Below are positions 48,749-58,498 of a stretch of DNA of 64,000 bases, in pieces. A program made the translations under genes and the position numbers. How positions within the stretch are numbered: position 1 is the stretch's first letter; every line of letters begins with the position of its first letter. The notes below the pieces were generated by a model. That model made no database searches and had not been told where the DNA came from. It was given only the letters and a program-made list of their open reading frames with translations. Origin of the DNA: an uncultured virus (IMG/VR IMGVR_UViG_3300034629_000093) (taxonomy: Duplodnaviria > Heunggongvirae > Uroviricota > Caudoviricetes); the IMG/VR virus record IMGVR_UViG_3300034629_000093, one strand, 5' to 3'.

Positions 48749-48996
48749 TGAGAGATGAAATAATAGCATTCTTAATTATTCTTGTATTGACTGTAATTGT
48801 CTGCCTAATAATTAAAAAAGACATAAAGATTGAACCCGTTCACGAGCACGTAAGAACAAAGCACTACGTAACCAAGTACAGATTAGAGAAGGTTATCTTC
48901 TGCAAGACAGAGTACAAAATCCTACTCCATGACGGCACGCACGCTGATATAGTCCTACCCGTTATTCTCTTTCCGGTAATGGAGGAAGTGGAATGA
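48745..48996 (+). CDS. Small membrane protein
   Basis: N-terminal TM. Confidence 0.55.
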   Translation: MMRDEIIAFLIILVLTVIVCLIIKKDIKIEPVHEHVRTKHYVTKYRLEKVIFCKTEYKILLHDGTHADIVLPVILFPVMEEVE

Positions 48997-50750
48997 GCCA
49001 ACCACTAATCCTATTCATTGACTGCTTCTGTGGAGCAGGAGGAGTATCAGAAGGAGCTGCACGTGCAAGAATAGGTGTAGAGTGTCCGGTTAAAGTGATC
49101 GCTTGTGTAAACCATGATCCATTAGCTATTGAAAGCCATTTACGCAACCACCCAAACACACTACACTTCAATGAAGACATACGATCAGAAAAAGTAATTG
49201 AGCAACTAGCCCGGTTAACCAAATTCTATAAAGAAAAGTATTCGCAGAAATATGAAGTAATAACTGTTCTTTGGGCTTCTATGGAATGTACCAATTATTC
49301 AAAGGCTAAAGGTGGAATGCCAAGAGATGCCGACAGCCGAACGCTTCCAAAAGCTATGTATAAATATATGGAAGCAATTAAGCCGGATTACTTCTACTAC
49401 GAGAACGTAGAGGAGTTTATGGCTTGGGGGCCTATGGATGAAAACGGAAAACCTATTTCCATGAAAAAAGGAAAAGACTACCTGAAATGGATTGATACCA
49501 TAAACGCTATGGGGTATCGACATGATAAAACGATTTTGAACTCTGCAGACTTTGGAGAATACACAAAAAGAAAAAGACTATTCGGGATATTCAGCAGTGG
49601 TAAGTATGGAATTGAATGGCCGTCACCAACTCATGCAGAAAACCCACAAGAAAACGGATTATTTGAAGGGCTAAAGAAATGGAAGCCTGTCCGGGAAGTG
49701 TTGGATTTTGAAGATGAAGGCAAGAGCATATTCACACGTAAAAAGCCATTGGTTGAAGCAACACTCAAAAGGATCTATGCCGGACTGGAAAAGTATGTAG
49801 CAACCGGTGAAGGTGTGTTCATTCAAAAGTATTATTCAGGTCGCCCAAAAGGAAAAGTATATGATGTAAATCAGCCCGGACATACTGTAACAACCGGAGG
49901 CAATCAAGGGATTGTGCGCTGCGCTTTCAATTACAAATACTATGGCAATGGGGCAAACATAGAATCCATTCAGGAACCATCCGGAACACTTACAACTAAA
50001 GATCGATTCGGATTAGTTCAGGGAATGTTTTTAGATAAAGGATTTTCCGGAGTTCATAACCACCAATCTGTGAACACTCCGGCAGGTGCTATACCAACGA
50101 AAGATCATTACTCAGTAGTAAAGTCAACCTTTATGGATAAGCAGTATTCAGGCAAGCTTAACCATGAATCCGTTCACGGTCCAACGGGTAGTTTACTTGC
50201 AAATCCAAAACAACATTTGGTACAAGCTCATTTCGATAGCAAATGGATATTAAAATATAACTCTCGAAGTAAGAACGGAAAACATATTCCTCCATCAGTA
50301 GATGAACCTTGCCCGACTGTAGCCACTCAGAATAGGTTAGGAATGGTATCGGTAAAAGGCGCTCACTTAATGAATCCGCAGTACAGCTCTAAAGGTGGTT
50401 CTGTAAATGATCCGTGCTTCACACTAATTGCCCGGATGGATAAAGCACCTCCATACTTAAACCAGGTTCGCTTTGGTATCGGCACTCCTAAGATCAAGAA
50501 AGGAGATTGTGAAACCATGAGAAAGATCAAGGCTTTCTGTTGGCACTATGGTATTACCGACATCACAACAAGGATGCTACGAGTTCCGGAACTAAAAAGA
50601 ATACAAGGCTTCGGGGATGATTACTACTTAGCAGGCAATCAATCCGATCAAAAGAAATTCATAGGTAATTCAGTAACCCCAAAGATTGTAAAAGCAATGA
50701 TGGAAACTCTATTTACGGAAGTGAATAAGCAATTAAAGGTAGCAGCCTAA
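48993..50750 (+). CDS. C5 DNA cytosine methyltransferase (phage type)
   Basis: DCFCGAGG, WASMECT, YENVEEF, R.R.F, IGNSV. Confidence 0.92.
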   Translation: MSQPLILFIDCFCGAGGVSEGAARARIGVECPVKVIACVNHDPLAIESHLRNHPNTLHFNEDIRSEKVIEQLARLTKFYKEKYSQKYEVITVLWASMECTNYSKAKGGMPRDADSRTLPKAMYKYMEAIKPDYFYYENVEEFMAWGPMDENGKPISMKKGKDYLKWIDTINAMGYRHDKTILNSADFGEYTKRKRLFGIFSSGKYGIEWPSPTHAENPQENGLFEGLKKWKPVREVLDFEDEGKSIFTRKKPLVEATLKRIYAGLEKYVATGEGVFIQKYYSGRPKGKVYDVNQPGHTVTTGGNQGIVRCAFNYKYYGNGANIESIQEPSGTLTTKDRFGLVQGMFLDKGFSGVHNHQSVNTPAGAIPTKDHYSVVKSTFMDKQYSGKLNHESVHGPTGSLLANPKQHLVQAHFDSKWILKYNSRSKNGKHIPPSVDEPCPTVATQNRLGMVSVKGAHLMNPQYSSKGGSVNDPCFTLIARMDKAPPYLNQVRFGIGTPKIKKGDCETMRKIKAFCWHYGITDITTRMLRVPELKRIQGFGDDYYLAGNQSDQKKFIGNSVTPKIVKAMMETLFTEVNKQLKVAA

Positions 50751-50831
50751 CACCCAAACTCCTAACTCCTACATTCTAACTACTAACTACTAACTACTAA
50801 CTACTAAATTCTAACTACTAAAATCTAAAAA

Positions 50832-51308
50832 ATGAGTTCACTAAACAAAGCACAAATCATAGGCCGTCTCGGGCAAGATCCCGAAGTAAGATACACGCAA
50901 TCCAACACCGCCGTAGCCACGCTCAGCGTAGCAACCAGCGAGAAATTCAAAAACAGTGAAGGAGAGCTCCAAGAAAAAACCGAATGGCACCGCGTAACAG
51001 CCTGGGGCAGGTTAGCCGAAATATGTCAACAATATCTAACAAAAGGATCATTAGTATACATTGAAGGCCCCATTCAAACCCGAAGCTGGGAAGACAACGC
51101 AGGCATCAAACGCTACACCACCGAAATCAACGCCAAGCAAATGACCATGCTCGACAGCAAAAAAACCAACGGAGTACCCCATCCGGCCACCACCGAACCC
51201 GATCCCCTTTCCCCCGCAGGGAAGGGAGTTCGAAGGACAGTAGAACCCACAACCCCCAAAATCGACAAAAACTTTCAAGACAACATAGACGACGACCTCC
51301 CATTCTAA
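50832..51308 (+). CDS. ssb: Single-stranded DNA-binding protein
   Basis: [27 protein letters not shown] tail. Confidence 0.96.
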   Translation: MSSLNKAQIIGRLGQDPEVRYTQSNTAVATLSVATSEKFKNSEGELQEKTEWHRVTAWGRLAEICQQYLTKGSLVYIEGPIQTRSWEDNAGIKRYTTEINAKQMTMLDSKKTNGVPHPATTEPDPLSPAGKGVRRTVEPTTPKIDKNFQDNIDDDLPF

Positions 51309-51364
51309 CTCCTACATTCTACCTCCTAACTCCTACATTCTAACACCCAAACACCCAATAACAA

Positions 51365-51691
51365 ATGAACACCACCAAATACGCCACCAAAAACTTAAAA
51401 AACAATCTCCAGATAACAGACAAAGATCAGTTAATTGAGCACGTTATCGAAGTATATCAGACAGGAGTAAACATCCAGCAAGCAGAAGGCGATCTCTATA
51501 AGTTCATAGAGCAACAGCAAGAAAAAGCGCTATCCAAAAAACTCATCGATCCGATAGTAAAAACATGGAACAGTCACTGTTATATCTGGCAACACGCCGA
51601 AAACGGACCGGTACTCATAGCGGTAATAAACTTACCACAGAGCTGCATCCCCCAATCCCAAACCCTAACCCCTCTAACTACTAACTACTAA
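51365..51691 (+). CDS. Phage hypothetical protein
   Basis: 108 aa ORF. Confidence 0.6.
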   Translation: MNTTKYATKNLKNNLQITDKDQLIEHVIEVYQTGVNIQQAEGDLYKFIEQQQEKALSKKLIDPIVKTWNSHCYIWQHAENGPVLIAVINLPQSCIPQSQTLTPLTTNY

Positions 51692-51756
51692 ATTCTAAAC
51701 TCCTACATTCTACATTCTCAATCCACAACACCATAACACCCTAACACCAATAAAAA

Positions 51757-52335
51757 ATGCTCTCCAACACCGACTACTTAATAATATACCTAGAAACCCA
51801 AATGGTATTAAACAACGGGTTAATCAATCAGATCCATTTAAGCGAAACCGATCGCAAAGCCATAGAGCTATGGTCAGCCCAAGGAGTAATGCACTGCGAG
51901 CAGATACCGCTCCCCGATCGGCTAGATGCGCCACCCACGTTCACCCATAAAATACGCTTCACAACCGAAATGTGGGATCTAGCAGCGGCAGCCCGAAGAG
52001 AAAAAGCCAACATCAACAATCCGGACGTCAAAGAAAAGCCCCAAAAAGAAATTACAAAAGAAGAAATATTCCCCGAAAAAGACTGGAAAGGATTTCTAAA
52101 AGCGCACGGAGTAAAACTAACGCCCCCACAAGAAATACTCGCAAAAAAGATATTCCAGCTATTCAATCAAAAAGAATATCAATTCTTCTTCATGTCCAGT
52201 GGCGGCGGCAAAAGCTTTCTCTTAAAAACCATCGATCAATACATAACCAGCACCAGTGGAAAACGCGAGAAGTTACTCAAAAAAAAGAAATTCAAAATCC
52301 CCGGATGGTACAAAGAAACCCCAACTAAAAACTAA
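51757..52335 (+). CDS. Hypothetical protein with an isolated Walker-A-like motif
   Basis: LTPPQE...SSGGGKSFL but no rest of a helicase. Confidence 0.55.
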   Translation: MLSNTDYLIIYLETQMVLNNGLINQIHLSETDRKAIELWSAQGVMHCEQIPLPDRLDAPPTFTHKIRFTTEMWDLAAAARREKANINNPDVKEKPQKEITKEEIFPEKDWKGFLKAHGVKLTPPQEILAKKIFQLFNQKEYQFFFMSSGGGKSFLLKTIDQYITSTSGKREKLLKKKKFKIPGWYKETPTKN

Positions 52336-52412
52336 AAAATCAACACTACTAACTCCTACATTCTACCTCCTAACTCCTACATTCTACCTCCTAACTCCTA
52401 CATCCCAACCCC

Positions 52413-52685
52413 ATGAACAAAATCCAGCGCCAAATCCTAGCCTACATCCTTCAAGAGCGATCCATAACCTGGATCGAAGCCAAAGAAATAATAGGTATTC
52501 CGGTACATCATTTTTTAGAAGCCGTCGGGGAGCTCAAATACCAGAGGATAGTAGACACCACCCAAGCCACGGTAGAACTCAAAAAAGGAGAGCCCGGCAT
52601 CATCAACAAATACACCCTAACAGAATCCGGAAAGATCATCGCCCAGCGCAACAGCATCATCCCCGGCTACACCATAACACCCTAA
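52413..52685 (+). CDS. Winged-helix protein
   Basis: L...IV...YTLTESGK. Confidence 0.6.
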   Translation: MNKIQRQILAYILQERSITWIEAKEIIGIPVHHFLEAVGELKYQRIVDTTQATVELKKGEPGIINKYTLTESGKIIAQRNSIIPGYTITP

Positions 52686-52722
52686 CACCATAACACCATA
52701 ACACCATAACACCATAACACTA

Positions 52723-53103
52723 ATGACTAAGGTAGAAGAGTTAAAGGAACAGTTCATAGAAACAAGATGTCAGGACAGTTCGGCTGTCGGCGATCTTGAG
52801 GAGCTTTTGCAAGCAGTACGTGAGGAGGAGAAGGGTATATTCGATTCAATGTTTAAAGACCTGTGGCATATAATCGGGATTGATTTCCTCCCTAAAGAAG
52901 ATAAGCCAGTATTAATATTTAGAGAAAACCACACTCCTAGTGTTATTGGTGCTTTCTATGAAGGCAACCACGAATATGGAGAGTTTCACAATGGTGAGGA
53001 AGATATCGAAAGAAGAATAGTTTATACGGGAATAACAGCGTGGAGTAATGTACTTCCCGAACCTAAACTAGAAACATTAACCCAACCAACTAAGGAGAAG
53101 TGA
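52723..53103 (+). CDS. DUF551-like phage protein
   Basis: W...LP...VL...ITAWS..PEP. Confidence 0.55.
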   Translation: MTKVEELKEQFIETRCQDSSAVGDLEELLQAVREEEKGIFDSMFKDLWHIIGIDFLPKEDKPVLIFRENHTPSVIGAFYEGNHEYGEFHNGEEDIERRIVYTGITAWSNVLPEPKLETLTQPTKEK

Positions 53104-53399
53104 TGGAATCAATAATTGAAGTAGTTGACCATACCAATGATGATATGTACTACCCCATAGCTGTATTTAAAGACTTAGAAACAGCAAAGCACGAAATAGT
53201 AATGCAATTAAGCGAAGATGATTCTTTGTCAGAATTTGCGGTAGAAGAGTATGAAAAAATAGTTTTTAGAGAAAGAAAAATAGGTTGGTCAGGAAACGGA
53301 AAAGAAGTATTCGTTATAGAAAGAGAAGAATATTATGACGAAGAAAAAGATAAATATTTATGGAGACTTTTAACCCCTAAAGCAGAGAGCGATGAGTGA
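53100..53399 (+). CDS. Phage hypothetical protein (acidic)
   Basis: Coupled ORF. Confidence 0.6.
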   Translation: MMESIIEVVDHTNDDMYYPIAVFKDLETAKHEIVMQLSEDDSLSEFAVEEYEKIVFRERKIGWSGNGKEVFVIEREEYYDEEKDKYLWRLLTPKAESDE

Positions 53400-53562
53400 A
53401 GTGAAGAAGCTTAGATTAAAGCTACAAAGCACAGATGAACCTTACATCTTTCGAGACAAAGGCGCTGACATTGATAATTTAGTTATTGCAGTAAATAAAA
53501 TATCTGAAAAGTTAGATGAAGTGATAGATAAGATTAACGAAATCGAGGCATCCAATGAATAA
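53392..53562 (+). CDS. 56-aa coiled-coil protein (absent from the ORF track)
   Basis: MSEVKKLRLK...IEASNE*; fills the gap with overlaps at both ends. Confidence 0.55.
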   Translation: MSEVKKLRLKLQSTDEPYIFRDKGADIDNLVIAVNKISEKLDEVIDKINEIEASNE

Positions 53563-53902
53563 CCTAGCAGAAACAGTTTGGCATGAGAACCCCGTAATTC
53601 TTGGAGCTATTGCAGGGAGTGGGACTTTTGATATTAAAGTAGGGAAAGATAAAGGTAAATTAGATTTAATTGCTCTTGTTGTTCATTTAGAGTATTTAGA
53701 AGATTGCACCCTGATAACCCGAAGCATTGATAGCTTGTCGGATGAGGATCTTCTTGAAGCTGAATCTACATTCAATATCCCAAGTTATAAATCTGTAACA
53801 AAGTGGTTGATGGATAACAAAGAAAGATTAGATGTATTTATTTGGCTTCTTTCAAAAGGAATATGGACAGGCTCTAAAGAAGGCGTGGAGGTAGTGGAGT
53901 GA
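53555..53902 (+). CDS. Phage hypothetical protein
   Basis: Coupled ORF. Confidence 0.6.
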   Translation: MNNLAETVWHENPVILGAIAGSGTFDIKVGKDKGKLDLIALVVHLEYLEDCTLITRSIDSLSDEDLLEAESTFNIPSYKSVTKWLMDNKERLDVFIWLLSKGIWTGSKEGVEVVE

Positions 53903-54075
53903 GAAGAAAGAATTTCAAAACAAAAGCCAAAGATAAAGAGCCTTGTAGCCCTTACTGTATGCACCATGTTTCAAAGCCATGTGATAGGTGTGGAAGGCAT
54001 CAGGCTAAAGGTGAGTGGAATATGCATGAAATAAAATTAGAAGGAATCAGAAACTAACCCCTAACAAGTAGAGAT

Positions 54076-54270
54076 ATGGAAGAAATTTATTATTGGATTG
54101 GATTAATCATTTTTTGGTCAATAGCAACTGGTGGCATTCTTATAATTATTGGTTTTTTGTTTGCCCAAATACTAAATGAAGCAGGAAGGCAATTTAAGGA
54201 GTTTTGGATAATTGTTGATTTTGCAAAGCATAGAAAAGAGTTTAAAAAATGGATGGAGGAAAGAGAATGA
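54076..54270 (+). CDS. Small membrane protein
   Basis: Long hydrophobic N-terminus. Confidence 0.55.
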   Translation: MEEIYYWIGLIIFWSIATGGILIIIGFLFAQILNEAGRQFKEFWIIVDFAKHRKEFKKWMEERE

Positions 54271-54524
54271 AACCAATACAAGTAACAATTCAAAAGCCTG
54301 AAGCCGAAGATTGGGATAAACCATATACATCAAGTCATAAGTTTGATTTGTATCATTGGAATGCTTACATGATTATTGAAGAGGTTTCAAAGAGTAATTT
54401 CAATGCTTCTTTAGTAATGATAGATAGACCTGAAGATGTTGAATTAGGGGATTTCAAAACACTACCCGAAGCCCAAGAAGCCTGCTTCCAACACTACCTT
54501 AAAGAGATAGGAGAAGAGATATGA
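54267..54524 (+). CDS. Phage hypothetical protein
   Basis: MKPIQV start; FKTLPEAQEACFQHY motif. Confidence 0.6.
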   Translation: MKPIQVTIQKPEAEDWDKPYTSSHKFDLYHWNAYMIIEEVSKSNFNASLVMIDRPEDVELGDFKTLPEAQEACFQHYLKEIGEEI

Positions 54525-54604
54525 ACGAATAAAGCTATTTATCCGCTTGTGGTATATAGCGCTTGTTATTTACCGAAGGGAACAGTTTAATTTTAGGATT
54601 TATT

Positions 54605-54802
54605 ATGAGCTTTGACAACACTTTTACAAAGGATGAAATTTACGAAATAGGAAAACACTTGATTGAAACTGGTGAATGGCGGCGCTACGATAATGACGAT
54701 GGACAGTATGCCTTGCTTTGTATAAGATTGCCTTACGAAGCTGATTTATCGAGTAATGGAAGTAGAGTAGATGCGGTTAATGAAAAATTAAATTGTAAAT
54801 AA
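54605..54802 (+). CDS. Cassette 1 hypothetical protein
   Basis: 65 aa; stop codon lies inside the inverse core GTAAATAAC. Confidence 0.65.
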   Translation: MSFDNTFTKDEIYEIGKHLIETGEWRRYDNDDGQYALLCIRLPYEADLSSNGSRVDAVNEKLNCK

Positions 54803-54935
54803 CGGTAAGGCTATGATTTCGGCGTGGTAAAATCCGCAGGATTTTCCGCAGAGAAATCAAGCCAACAAATAGAAAATTAACTTTAAAAAAGACTGACTTA
54901 ACGCTGAATTATAGCCAATGTTAGCAAACGTTATT

Positions 54936-55169
54936 ATGTGTTTATGCACTCAAATAGTAGATGGAATAAATTTAGTTTGCTGTAAATGTAAGTACAGCAG
55001 AAAAGGTAAGCGAGAACTTAACCAAAAAGAAACTTGCCCTAATTGTAGGGGAAAACTAAATGACATAGGCTCTAAAATAGCCATACCAAAAAAACTAGAT
55101 AAAAAAGGCTGGAAAAAATTACAAACATTAATTGACAATATGGAACATTTTGATGTATGCCAATGCTAA
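54936..55169 (+). CDS. Cassette 2 zinc-ribbon protein
   Basis: CCKC...CPNC...G.KIAIPKK.DKKGW. Confidence 0.7.
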   Translation: MCLCTQIVDGINLVCCKCKYSRKGKRELNQKETCPNCRGKLNDIGSKIAIPKKLDKKGWKKLQTLIDNMEHFDVCQC

Positions 55170-55267
55170 TGTTTGCTAACGTAGTAGTATAAAAAACGTG
55201 CAACGCAGTGGAATGTATTTTTATACATTGTTATACACTGTTGTTGCGATTAAATAAAGACAAAATT

Positions 55268-55711
55268 ATGATTACAACAGGAATGATGACAAGTAAAACT
55301 GACCTATGGGCTACACCAAAGGATTTTTTTGAAAAACTATGCGATAGGTTTGATTTTGATACAGACGTTTGTGCTTTGCCTGAAAATGCAAAGGTGCAGA
55401 ATTTTTACACTCCTGAAATGGACGGACTAAAGCAAGATTGGAAAGGTGTTTATTGGATGAATCCGCCTTATGGACGTGAAATTGGTAAATGGGTGCAAAA
55501 AGCCTATGAAGAAGCAAATAAACACGATAGTACAATAGTAGCCTTATTACCTGCAAGAACAGATACAAGATGGTTTCACGATTGGATTTATATGATGTAT
55601 GGTGTAGAGATTGAATTTATTAAAGGGCGGTTAAAATTTGGCGGATCTAAAAATTCTGCACCTTTTCCAAGTATGTTGGTGGTTTTTCAAAAAAATCCTT
55701 TTAAGCAATAA
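55268..55711 (+). CDS. Cassette 3 phage N6-adenine DNA methyltransferase (phage Dam family)
   Basis: DLWATP, DVCA, WMNPPYG, LLPARTDT.WFH, GRLKFG, APFPS. Confidence 0.93.
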   Translation: MITTGMMTSKTDLWATPKDFFEKLCDRFDFDTDVCALPENAKVQNFYTPEMDGLKQDWKGVYWMNPPYGREIGKWVQKAYEEANKHDSTIVALLPARTDTRWFHDWIYMMYGVEIEFIKGRLKFGGSKNSAPFPSMLVVFQKNPFKQ

Positions 55712-55875
55712 TTGTGTATAACATAGTATATGCTCAATACGCATATTCCTAAATATTCAGAATAAAATGAACAAACTAGGAACTAAACACTCAGCACTCA
55801 AAACTAATAACTCGCACCATAACACCCTAACACTTTGCAACTCTGTACTAACTACTATGTACTATCATCTAACTC

Positions 55876-56418
55876 CTACATTCTAACTCCTACCTTCTCA
55901 ACTCCTACATTACTTCCTTCAACCCTAACCAAAACCCTAACCACTTCCTCACGCTCCGTTAAAACCACGCTCAACCCCGAATCCGTAATCCACCGCTTCC
56001 CCGGAGCCTCGCCATAAAACGAACCCGATCCAAGAGCAGAACTAATCGAAGTATTAAGCGATTTAAACAATGCGCTCGTCACAAAATTGGTACGCTCGTC
56101 ATCATCCAGAAGAACAAACGAAGCATCACTTTCATAAAGCTTCGAATCCCTAAACCGCAAAGCAACCAAGCTCTCCCCGGCAAGCTGGGCAAAAACGATA
56201 AGGCTTTCATTATCCGTTTGCTTCAACACATCAAGATCCAAAGCATACACAGCATTCAAAACATCCTTATACGAAGAGCCCCAGGTAATACCCGTCCAAA
56301 CATCCGCTCGTTCAATATCCGCAAAATCCATGTGCGATGCTGCAGATCCAGCATCAACCACAGCCCGCTGCCCGGAACAACCAATCCATAAAATAAAACC
56401 CACCAATAAAAAACGCAT
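55876..56418 (-). CDS. Lipoprotein
   Basis: MRFLLVGFILWIGC lipobox-like start; C-terminus runs into heptamer repeats. Confidence 0.65.
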   Translation of the reverse strand: MRFLLVGFILWIGCSGQRAVVDAGSAASHMDFADIERADVWTGITWGSSYKDVLNAVYALDLDVLKQTDNESLIVFAQLAGESLVALRFRDSKLYESDASFVLLDDDERTNFVTSALFKSLNTSISSALGSGSFYGEAPGKRWITDSGLSVVLTEREEVVRVLVRVEGSNVGVEKVGVRM

Positions 56419-56565
56419 TGCCAAATCTACCCAACCACCCCACAAAATCCAAACCCACAACTAAACACTAAATACTAACTACTAAATTCTAACTACTAAC
56501 TCCTACCTTCTAACTACTAACTCCTAACTCCTACCTTCTAACTACTAACTCCTACATTCTCACAT

Positions 56566-57390
56566 CTACCTCAAAATCTCCCACCCAACAACACCGGCAC
56601 CAACACCGATAAGAAACCACGGAAACCTTTTCCGATTCGGTTGTATCTCCGTAAAAGTTTCGATCCTCAGATTCCTAAAATCCTTCGAAGTCACAATAGT
56701 CCGAACTCCGTTCGTTCGTTCATTCAAAAGCACGGCCACATCAATCGAAGGTTGGCGAAGCTGTGAAATATCCGGAGGATGCAAAGAAAGGTCAGATCCG
56801 TCAAAAGTAACCACCGCGCTACTTTTCAACAGAAAATCACCAAAATAAGCCGCACTCCGCAGGACAGTATCCCTACTAACTTCATTTTTAGGCACTTTAA
56901 AAGTACCATCTTCATTCGCGAAATCAGATGCGATATCCTTCCCCTCCGCGGGAGGGGACAAAGGGGAGGGTCCTCCTGAATTCTGAACTTCTGAATCCTG
57001 AACTCCTATATCCTCACCTTCTACATACTCTTCACTCTGCACTCTGTAACTCTGTAACTCCATAACCTCTTTTAATGATATCGCCTCCCCCCGCAAACTA
57101 TCCACCGCAAGATTCAAGTCCCCCACTATAGAAGAATATCCGGCAATTACTTCATTCTTCTTATCCAGTTCATCCTTAAAACCCAAAGTCACAGATTCCA
57201 AGCTATCAATGATCGCCGATTTACTCCGGATAACATTATCCTTTTCTACTGTCAGGCTATCGATCTGCACCTGCTTCGTATCAGGAGCGTAAATAACAGG
57301 CCTGTCCGTCACCGATCTGGTAACAAAAAAAGTAGTAACTACAAGCAAAGCCGCCACAAAAGCAGCACTCTTAAAATTCAATTCAATCAT
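56566..57390 (-). CDS. Spanin-like membrane-anchored coiled-coil protein
   Basis: N-terminal TM, coiled coil, C-terminal GVGAGVVGW; follows the endolysin. Confidence 0.55.
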   Translation of the reverse strand: MIELNFKSAAFVAALLVVTTFFVTRSVTDRPVIYAPDTKQVQIDSLTVEKDNVIRSKSAIIDSLESVTLGFKDELDKKNEVIAGYSSIVGDLNLAVDSLRGEAISLKEVMELQSYRVQSEEYVEGEDIGVQDSEVQNSGGPSPLSPPAEGKDIASDFANEDGTFKVPKNEVSRDTVLRSAAYFGDFLLKSSAVVTFDGSDLSLHPPDISQLRQPSIDVAVLLNERTNGVRTIVTSKDFRNLRIETFTEIQPNRKRFPWFLIGVGAGVVGWEILR

Positions 57391-57509
57391 AATTCAAATG
57401 GTTTATTCGTTGTTGGTTGTTCTAACTAAAAACTAACTCCTAAATTCTACCTTCTACATTCTAACTCCTAAATTCTACCTTCTACATTCTAACTCCTAAA
57501 TTCTAACTC

Positions 57510-58241
57510 CTAAAATCTATCCCCAACCCAAGAGCTCACCGAATAGATCTGCCGTTTAAAACGCTTCTTACGCATCACTCTATCGCCCTCACGGCCACCC
57601 GCATCATTCGTATTCCCTTCAATAGTCATAACATAACTATCCGAAACATCCTCGATCACGCCCACATGAGCAATCCTATTCTTAGACGAAAACCAAACCC
57701 CAATAACATCCGCTGGTCCGCCAACAAAAGAATCCTGTACACCTCTGGTATAAACCACGGCACTATCCGGGAACCAATCAGGGCTCCAAGCACTTTTAGG
57801 AGCTGCAATCGAATGCTCCGCAAATCCCCAACTCACAAAAGCAGCACACCAGGCATAACCGGCCCCCAAACCCGTAACAGCCAGATACTCCTCAATACGC
57901 TCACCCGTATTATCCAAAGCACCCTCCTTAACCCCGATCTCACCCACAAAAGTCGAAACTACGGCATCCTTCCCCTCCCGAGGAGGGGATAAAGGGGAGG
58001 GTCCCCCTAAACTCCTACCTTCTACCTCCTCAACTCCTGAACTCCGGGCCACCTCTAGCGCAAGCGTCTCGCTTGTGCCCTCACTACTCACTACTAACTT
58101 CTCACTTCTAACTCCTACATTCTCAATACTACCCTCACTCAACTCGTTGGCACGGTAAGCGCCAGAGCCACCATCACAGCTATATGCGAAAAGTAGAAAA
58201 ACAAGGTAAACCAAACTCGTTCCTTTGCTGAAATTGCACAT
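57510..58241 (-). CDS. CHAP-like endolysin with lipoprotein-type N-terminus
   Basis: EIGVKE..NTG, AWCAAFVSW, HVG, TIEGNT. Confidence 0.85.
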   Translation of the reverse strand: MCNFSKGTSLVYLVFLLFAYSCDGGSGAYRANELSEGSIENVGVRSEKLVVSSEGTSETLALEVARSSGVEEVEGRSLGGPSPLSPPREGKDAVVSTFVGEIGVKEGALDNTGERIEEYLAVTGLGAGYAWCAAFVSWGFAEHSIAAPKSAWSPDWFPDSAVVYTRGVQDSFVGGPADVIGVWFSSKNRIAHVGVIEDVSDSYVMTIEGNTNDAGGREGDRVMRKKRFKRQIYSVSSWVGDRF

Positions 58242-58498
58242 AATTCCCCCTCAAATTTATTATCAATGTAATTGTATATATCAGGAAAACTCAGCTTAAT
58301 AATAAGCCAGTTCACCCCGCTAAAAATCAACGTACCAATCACGGAGTAGAGCACCACCTGGAAGATACCCGCATCAAACATAGTAGACGTAGGATCGATT
58401 ATATACAATAAATAAGGGCTCAAATACCACAGCAAAAACGCAATCGGTACAGTAAGCAACTCATTCCATGTCCTCAAAAAACTAAAAATTCTCTTCAT
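58139..58498 (-). CDS. Holin-like protein (3 TM)
   Basis: Three hydrophobic helices; overlaps the endolysin start. Confidence 0.65.
   Translation of the reverse strand: MKRIFSFLRTWNELLTVPIAFLLWYLSPYLLYIIDPTSTMFDAGIFQVVLYSVIGTLIFSGVNWLIIKLSFPDIYNYIDNKFEGELCAISAKERVWFTLFFYFSHIAVMVALALTVPTS

Larger units (their letters stand above)
54520..55750 (+). mobile_element. Integron-like gene cassette array (3 cassettes, 4 attC-like sites, no IntI)
   Basis: Cassette-specific inverted repeats GTTATTTAC/GTAAATAAC, GTTAGCAAAC/GTTTGCTAAC, GTTATACAC/GTGTATAAC joined by hairpins. Confidence 0.8.
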
